Source of the DNA: Acaryochloris marina S15
Lineage (GTDB): Bacteria > Cyanobacteriota > Cyanobacteriia > Thermosynechococcales > Thermosynechococcaceae
Assembly: GCF_018336915.1 (NCBI RefSeq)
Contig: NZ_CP064923.1
Coordinates: 5,820,001 to 5,852,000, forward strand
Length of the DNA stretch: 32,000 bases
Reading direction: 5' to 3'
Within the stretch, counting starts at the first letter, position 1; each line of letters begins with the position of its first letter. The position numbers and the translations under genes were made by a program. Below, in pieces: positions 27,460 to 32,000 of this stretch. The notes beneath the pieces were generated by a model. That model worked only from the letters and a program-made list of their open reading frames with translations. It was not told the DNA's origin and did not search any database.

Positions 27460-28743
27460 ATGCCCCGCTTTCTTCATGTTGCTGATGTGCATTTGGGCTA
27501 TACCAAATACGATTCACCTGAGCGCACCAAAGATTTTTATCGAGCTTTTAACGATGCCTTAGAACGCTATGCTATCGAACCCCAAGTCGATTTTGTGCTG
27601 ATTGTCGGGGATTTATTTGAGCATCGCCAGGTACTGCCTGCGGTCCTCAATCAAGCTCAACTCTGTTTGGATCGGCTGCAAGCAGCGGGTATTCCTGTGT
27701 TAGCGATTGAAGGGAATCACGACTATAGACTTTATGGCACCAGTACGAGCTGGTTGCGGTATCTATCTGATTGGGGACGCCTGATGCTATTGGAACCCAA
27801 TGCTGAAGAAGAATTAGAACCATGGGATCCTGAAGTCAGACGGGGAGGCTATATCGATCTCGACTGTGGTGTGCGGGTGATTGGGTCTCGTTGGTATGGC
27901 GCTGCTGCACCGCAAGCGATTCAGTCCTTAGCCCCTCTCATAGAACAACTCCCCCCTGGCCCTGACCATACGGTGATGATGTTCCATCATGGTTTAGAAG
28001 GTCATGTCTCTCGCTACAGTGGTGCCTTGCGCTATCAAGATTTTGCCCCCTTGCTAACGGCAGGCGTAGATTATTTAGCCCTCGGCCATATTCACCGTAG
28101 CTACACCGCCGAAAGCTGGATTTTTAACCCCGGCTCTACCGAAGCCAACAGCGTGATTGAAAACCAGGATCAGAATCCTCGGGGGGTTTTCCTGGTTAAT
28201 CTCACTAACCAAGGCATCAAAGCCGAACTTAAATCTGATTACGATCAACGCCATATTGAGCGGTTGAACCTAAAAGCGGATCCAAAACAAACGGCTGCAG
28301 AGTTGGAAGAGGCGGCGATTGCTACGATTAAAACGGCCTATAAAAAAGGTAAAACGGAAGACGCTATTGTAGAGCTAAAAATTCAGGGCACGATTGGCTT
28401 TGAGCGTTCTGACTTGAATGTGAAGGAGTTGCGATCGCAACTCCATACCCTCAGCAAAGCCTTAATCATGCTGATTAAATATGAAGTCACTGGTGTCGAG
28501 TACCACAGCTATATCAGCGACCAAGAAGAACTGCCTTCTCGCCATGACATTGAGCGGCTAGTCTTTACCGATCTTTTGGCCGCCAATGCCCATTACCGTG
28601 ATCAAGCAGAATCACTCTCCTCGGGGCTAATGGATTTAAAAGATCGCCTGCTTAAACAACAGACTGAACCCGAACTCTATCAATACGCTCAGGAACTTCT
28701 GTCAGCGAAGTCTCCAGAACCGGATGCTTCGCCACAGGATTAA
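27460..28743 (+). CDS. SbcD/Mre11-like metallophosphoesterase (DNA repair exonuclease)
   Basis: All calcineurin-like phosphoesterase motifs are present: ADVHLG, GDLFEH, GNHD, MFHHG and GHIHR. The C-terminal ~170 aa are helix-rich. Confidence 0.8.
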   Translation: MPRFLHVADVHLGYTKYDSPERTKDFYRAFNDALERYAIEPQVDFVLIVGDLFEHRQVLPAVLNQAQLCLDRLQAAGIPVLAIEGNHDYRLYGTSTSWLRYLSDWGRLMLLEPNAEEELEPWDPEVRRGGYIDLDCGVRVIGSRWYGAAAPQAIQSLAPLIEQLPPGPDHTVMMFHHGLEGHVSRYSGALRYQDFAPLLTAGVDYLALGHIHRSYTAESWIFNPGSTEANSVIENQDQNPRGVFLVNLTNQGIKAELKSDYDQRHIERLNLKADPKQTAAELEEAAIATIKTAYKKGKTEDAIVELKIQGTIGFERSDLNVKELRSQLHTLSKALIMLIKYEVTGVEYHSYISDQEELPSRHDIERLVFTDLLAANAHYRDQAESLSSGLMDLKDRLLKQQTEPELYQYAQELLSAKSPEPDASPQD

Positions 28744-29246
28744 TGCTCTTCAGCAGGCACTTGGCACCGATCCGTTGTGCAGGTTTCGATTTGCTGGTGC
28801 CTTTCCGCCAGGATGGTCGCTAAATCCGCTCTTCCGGTTAATTTCAACCGCCAATCGGCCCAAAGGTCATAGATAAAATCGGCAATGGGGCCGACAATCG
28901 GCAGTTTCGTGATGGCATAAACCCATCCCATTCCCAAAACTTCATACACTTTCCGAAACACGGGCACACCAACCATCGCTGTGCCATCGGGTAATACCGC
29001 ATGAATGCTTCCCATAGCGGTTTCAAAGTCGATATTGCCATTATCTTCCGGTGCATAATCCAATGCTGCAATATCCACAAACGCCACTAAGCCCTGGCCT
29101 GCATCCCGTTTCTGTAAAAAATTCACTTCTCTCAAGCAAAGAGGGCAAGCGCCATCATAAAGTAGCTTTATTTGCCAGGATGAAGCCGACGAGGATGCGT
29201 TTAAATTCGACGTGTTGGCGGTAGGTGTTGTGGCGTTAGAGGTCAT
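28740..29246 (-). CDS. DCC-family thiol-disulfide oxidoreductase (DUF393)
   Basis: LLYDGACPLCLREVNFLQKRD carries the DxxCxxC motif of the DCC1-like family. Confidence 0.75.
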   Translation of the reverse strand: MTSNATTPTANTSNLNASSSASSWQIKLLYDGACPLCLREVNFLQKRDAGQGLVAFVDIAALDYAPEDNGNIDFETAMGSIHAVLPDGTAMVGVPVFRKVYEVLGMGWVYAITKLPIVGPIADFIYDLWADWRLKLTGRADLATILAERHQQIETCTTDRCQVPAEEH

Positions 29247-29333
29247 GTCTATGGATGAGAAAGGCTTTTTTTTGACTATAACCTTATCTTTACGAGCTAT
29301 GGGGCATCACCCATTCCCCGCTAGCCTGTCGCC

Positions 29334-30680
29334 CTAAGTTGAGACGGTGGGTTCAAGGCTTTCTCGTTCTCTTGCAGGAAGGGGTTGATTTTTAAAATTA
29401 GGATGCTGAGCGTCAACTTGATGCGCTTTTTGGCTAATTGAGTCAAAGTGATGGTCTGTCGATTCTAATTCCTTAAACATCTGCTGTGGATCGACCAAAT
29501 GAGTATTCGGGAGTTTTTTACCCAGTTCTTTGAGTACTAAACCTACAGGCACATTGATATCTGCTTGCAGCTTGAGATAGCGAGCCAAGACCGGAGCAAA
29601 TGCACTAATGACCGAACCAATCCCTCCCCGAGGTTGATACCACCCTATAAAATAGAGACCCTTATAGTCTTCTAGAAAAGCACCGTCATAGCATTTGACA
29701 ATTGAACCTTGCACGCGCTGAAGCTCTGGTGCTAAGAACGGGTACGCCACATAGAAGCCCGTGGCACAAACGATGAGGTCGAAGTCTTCTCGGCTACCAT
29801 CCTCAAAGATGACTGACTCTCCATCTAAAGCTTGGACGCCGGGTTTGGAAATAATACGGCCATGTTTGATGTAGTAAGGGACTTCACTATTGATGGTGGG
29901 ATGTTTCTCAAAAATTCGATGCTTTGGTTTAGGCAGACCATAACTTTCATGTTTGCCAAATGTCAGCCGGATCAACAGGTAAACCATCAGCCGTTGATAC
30001 CAGAGGGGGCTGGGGCTTGTGCTGTTCTTGCTGAGGTCAGCAACCGGAATGCCTGCAAAGGTTTTGGGAATAAACCAAGGCGTATCCCGCATACTCAAAA
30101 CACATTTAGCTCCCACACGAGCGGCTTCGGCAGCTAAATCACAGGCTGAATTGCCAGAACCGATGACTAAAACGCGTTTGCCAATGAGCTGTTGAGGACG
30201 TTTGTAGTCTTTGGAGTGAATGATTTCTCCGTTAAAGCTTCCCTCAAATTGAGGCATCCGCTTGCACCAGTGATGGCCATTGCAGAGTAGTACCCCTTGA
30301 TACAGTCGCTGTTCTTGATTGGCGAAGCTGACTTCCCAGAGATTATCTTCGACGGGGCGGACAAATGTGATTTCGCGGTTCAGCTCAATGGCGTCTCGTA
30401 AGTCGAAATGATCGGTAAACGCGTTAATGTAATCCCGCATGTTTTGGGCGCTGGGAAAATCAGGATACGTTTCCGGCATGGGGAAGTTTGTAAACTGAGT
30501 AATTCTGCGGGAAGAAATAATATGTGCGGTTTCGTAAACGCCATGATACCAATTTCCGCCAATATTATCGCTGGCATCCACCTGGTCGTAGGGAATCCCT
30601 GCCTCTTTGAGGGCTTGAGCCATTCCCAAGCCTGCGTAGCCAGCACCAATAATCAGATATTTCTCAGAGGTTTTTTGCAC
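29334..30680 (-). CDS. Class B flavin-containing monooxygenase (FMO/BVMO-like), FAD/NADPH-dependent
   Basis: It has GxGxxG (IIGAGYAGLG) and GGNWY. The FMO-identifying FxGxxxHxxxY motif is present as FEGSFNGEIIHSKDY. A second dinucleotide fold reads VIGSGNSACDLA. The start is GTG. Confidence 0.8.
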   Translation of the reverse strand: MQKTSEKYLIIGAGYAGLGMAQALKEAGIPYDQVDASDNIGGNWYHGVYETAHIISSRRITQFTNFPMPETYPDFPSAQNMRDYINAFTDHFDLRDAIELNREITFVRPVEDNLWEVSFANQEQRLYQGVLLCNGHHWCKRMPQFEGSFNGEIIHSKDYKRPQQLIGKRVLVIGSGNSACDLAAEAARVGAKCVLSMRDTPWFIPKTFAGIPVADLSKNSTSPSPLWYQRLMVYLLIRLTFGKHESYGLPKPKHRIFEKHPTINSEVPYYIKHGRIISKPGVQALDGESVIFEDGSREDFDLIVCATGFYVAYPFLAPELQRVQGSIVKCYDGAFLEDYKGLYFIGWYQPRGGIGSVISAFAPVLARYLKLQADINVPVGLVLKELGKKLPNTHLVDPQQMFKELESTDHHFDSISQKAHQVDAQHPNFKNQPLPARERESLEPTVST

Positions 30681-30704
30681 GACTTGCCTAGTGAATGAAC
30701 TGCG

Positions 30705-31523
30705 TTAAGACGGTTTTTGGTATTGCTGTTTGATTTGAGTCGTGGTCCATTGGAGTAGGCCAGGAAAATACCGTTTGATTCGGGTCAGGACTCGGGAGGG
30801 CAGATCAGGAAAGACCTCTGGTTTGTTCTGCTGAATGCCCTGAAGGGTGGCTTGCATGATTTTATGGGGATCCGTGGTCATCCAGTGAGGCAGATCCGCT
30901 TTCCCTTCAGCGAGGGATCCAAAGCTATCTGAGTTGAGAATCGGTGTCCGACTAAAAAAGGGATAGACAGTGGTGACCTGGACGTTGAAGTCCTTGACCT
31001 CGTTGCGAACGCCATCACTATACCCCCGTAACCCAAATTTACTGGCCGCGTAGCCGGTTAACCCGGTTGGGGCGATCCAGCCAGCAACCGATGAAATATT
31101 AACGATATGGCCCTGGCGACGGGTAATCATATCTGCCACAAACCGGTTACTCAAGCGCATGGGGGCAAGGAGATTGAGCTGCATCATTAACTCCCACCGT
31201 TCAGTGGGAGTTTCATCCATGCGCCCATAGAGGGCAATGCCAGCATTGTTGATTAAAATGTCGACGGGATGATTGAGGGCTTGAACGTTCTGATAGAGAG
31301 ACTCACACCCGTCCACGGTGCCCAAGTTGGTGACAAAGCTAGGCAGCAGTTCTCCTGGGTGGCTGTCTGGGTTGAGCTGCTCGGCCTGTTGTTCCAGCAA
31401 GGCGGCATTGATGTCCGTGCGGATCACTCGACTGCCTGCCTCCAATAAAAGCTGAGTCAGCTCGTGGCCAAATCCTCCGGTTGCTCCGGTTAAGAGCACA
31501 ACGGCATTATTTAACTCGGTCAT
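30705..31523 (-). CDS. Short-chain dehydrogenase/reductase (SDR)
   Basis: TGATGGFG, NNAG and YAASK (YxxxK) are present. ATG 31523 has GAAGG 8 nt upstream and is preferred over TTG 31550. Confidence 0.85.
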   Translation of the reverse strand: MTELNNAVVLLTGATGGFGHELTQLLLEAGSRVIRTDINAALLEQQAEQLNPDSHPGELLPSFVTNLGTVDGCESLYQNVQALNHPVDILINNAGIALYGRMDETPTERWELMMQLNLLAPMRLSNRFVADMITRRQGHIVNISSVAGWIAPTGLTGYAASKFGLRGYSDGVRNEVKDFNVQVTTVYPFFSRTPILNSDSFGSLAEGKADLPHWMTTDPHKIMQATLQGIQQNKPEVFPDLPSRVLTRIKRYFPGLLQWTTTQIKQQYQKPS

Positions 31524-31639
31524 GGATAGACCTTCAGTTACTGTGATCAAATTGTAAAAGATGTGGGGATGTCAGGGATCTATTGCATATTCACTTTTAT
31601 GATCGGGAAGCCTACCCCTAATCATCTCTGAGGCAATGA

Positions 31640-32000
31640 ATGGACTTCCAAATCCGACCGGCTCAAAAAACAGATCTCTCTAATATTTGGGCTTGGGCTG
31701 CACAAGAGTCCTGGAATCCTGGCCGGTATGACTTGGAGGTGTATTGGCAACAAAATAGTTTGCTGGTGGGGTGGTTGGCGGATCAACCCGTTGGCTGTAT
31801 TTCTGCGGCCTCGTATGATGCAGATTTTGGATTTTTAGGTTGTTATTTGGTGGATCATCGTCATCGAGGCCATGGTTATGGTCGATTCCTGTGGGAAAAG
31901 GCGATTTCTTCACTTCCAGCCCGCTGTATTGGCTTAGAAGGGGCGGTGGCGCTGCAGGATACCTATCTCCGCCATGGGTTTATCAAATCCTGTTTGCATG
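31640..32000 (+). CDS. GNAT-family N-acetyltransferase, 3'-truncated by the window edge (not in the ORF track)
   Basis: My own translation from ATG 31640 reads MDFQIRPAQKTDLSNIWAWAAQESWNPGRYDLEVYW..PVGCISAASYDADFGFLGCYLVDHRHRGHGYGRFLWEKA..GLEGAVALQDTYLRHGF. This is typical of YitI-like GNATs, with an R-G-x-G-x-G acetyl-CoA loop. An in-frame TGA lies immediately upstream of the ATG. Confidence 0.75.
   Translation, partial: MDFQIRPAQKTDLSNIWAWAAQESWNPGRYDLEVYWQQNSLLVGWLADQPVGCISAASYDADFGFLGCYLVDHRHRGHGYGRFLWEKAISSLPARCIGLEGAVALQDTYLRHGFIKSCLH

Noticed and set aside
31680-31913. 77-aa minus-strand ORF
   Set aside because: It is the antisense shadow of the GNAT acetyltransferase gene, which reads convincingly on the plus strand from 31640.

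Overview
This window is a cyanobacterial chromosomal segment. The evidence is 8 perfect HIP1 octamers (GCGATCGC), an Hlip gene, a BicA-type SulP transporter, DUF4278 and Uma2 genes, and a GroEL with a GGM tail. I found no rRNA, tRNA or CRISPR array. Contents from left to right:
- 1-1116: 3' part of a Ser/Thr kinase with a DUF4189-like ectodomain.
- 1113-3599: an SRPBCC protein, an EamA/DMT transporter and a high-light-inducible protein.
- 3707-5989: a large RTX-GH16-RTX glucanase.
- 5990-6763: an AT-rich islet holding a STAS-domain gene flanked by perfect palindromes.
- 6764-8032: an MshA/SPS-like GT4 glycosyltransferase, divergent from the next cluster.
- 8343-15486: a roughly 7-kb sodium/inorganic-carbon cluster: bicA, a CPA2 Na+/H+ antiporter, and a translationally coupled mrpC-D-E-F-G-(DUF4040)-B operon. 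The operon has only one antiporter-like subunit.
- 15592-20124: an accessory patch with a Cys-rich orphan, a Uma2 nuclease, a DUF1963 protein and a tail-anchored hypothetical. The hypothetical's 3' end is cut by an intact IS element (18-bp IRs, 9-bp TSD).
- 20286-24298: a DM13 protein, CIRCE-controlled groEL, DUF4278 and a small conserved protein.
- 24784-27148: a CsgG-like protein with a trypsin-TPR protease.
- 27460-28743: an SbcD-like nuclease with no adjacent SbcC.
- 28740-31523: an SDR-FMO-DCC operon.
- 31640-32000: the 5' part of a GNAT acetyltransferase.

No canonical defence or secretion system is recognisable. The most unusual items are the minimal Mrp architecture with an extended DUF4040 subunit, the CsgG-like/protease pair, the orphan patch with the fresh IS insertion, and the sandwich RTX-GH16 protein. 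All functional calls come from motif recognition by eye; no database search was run.
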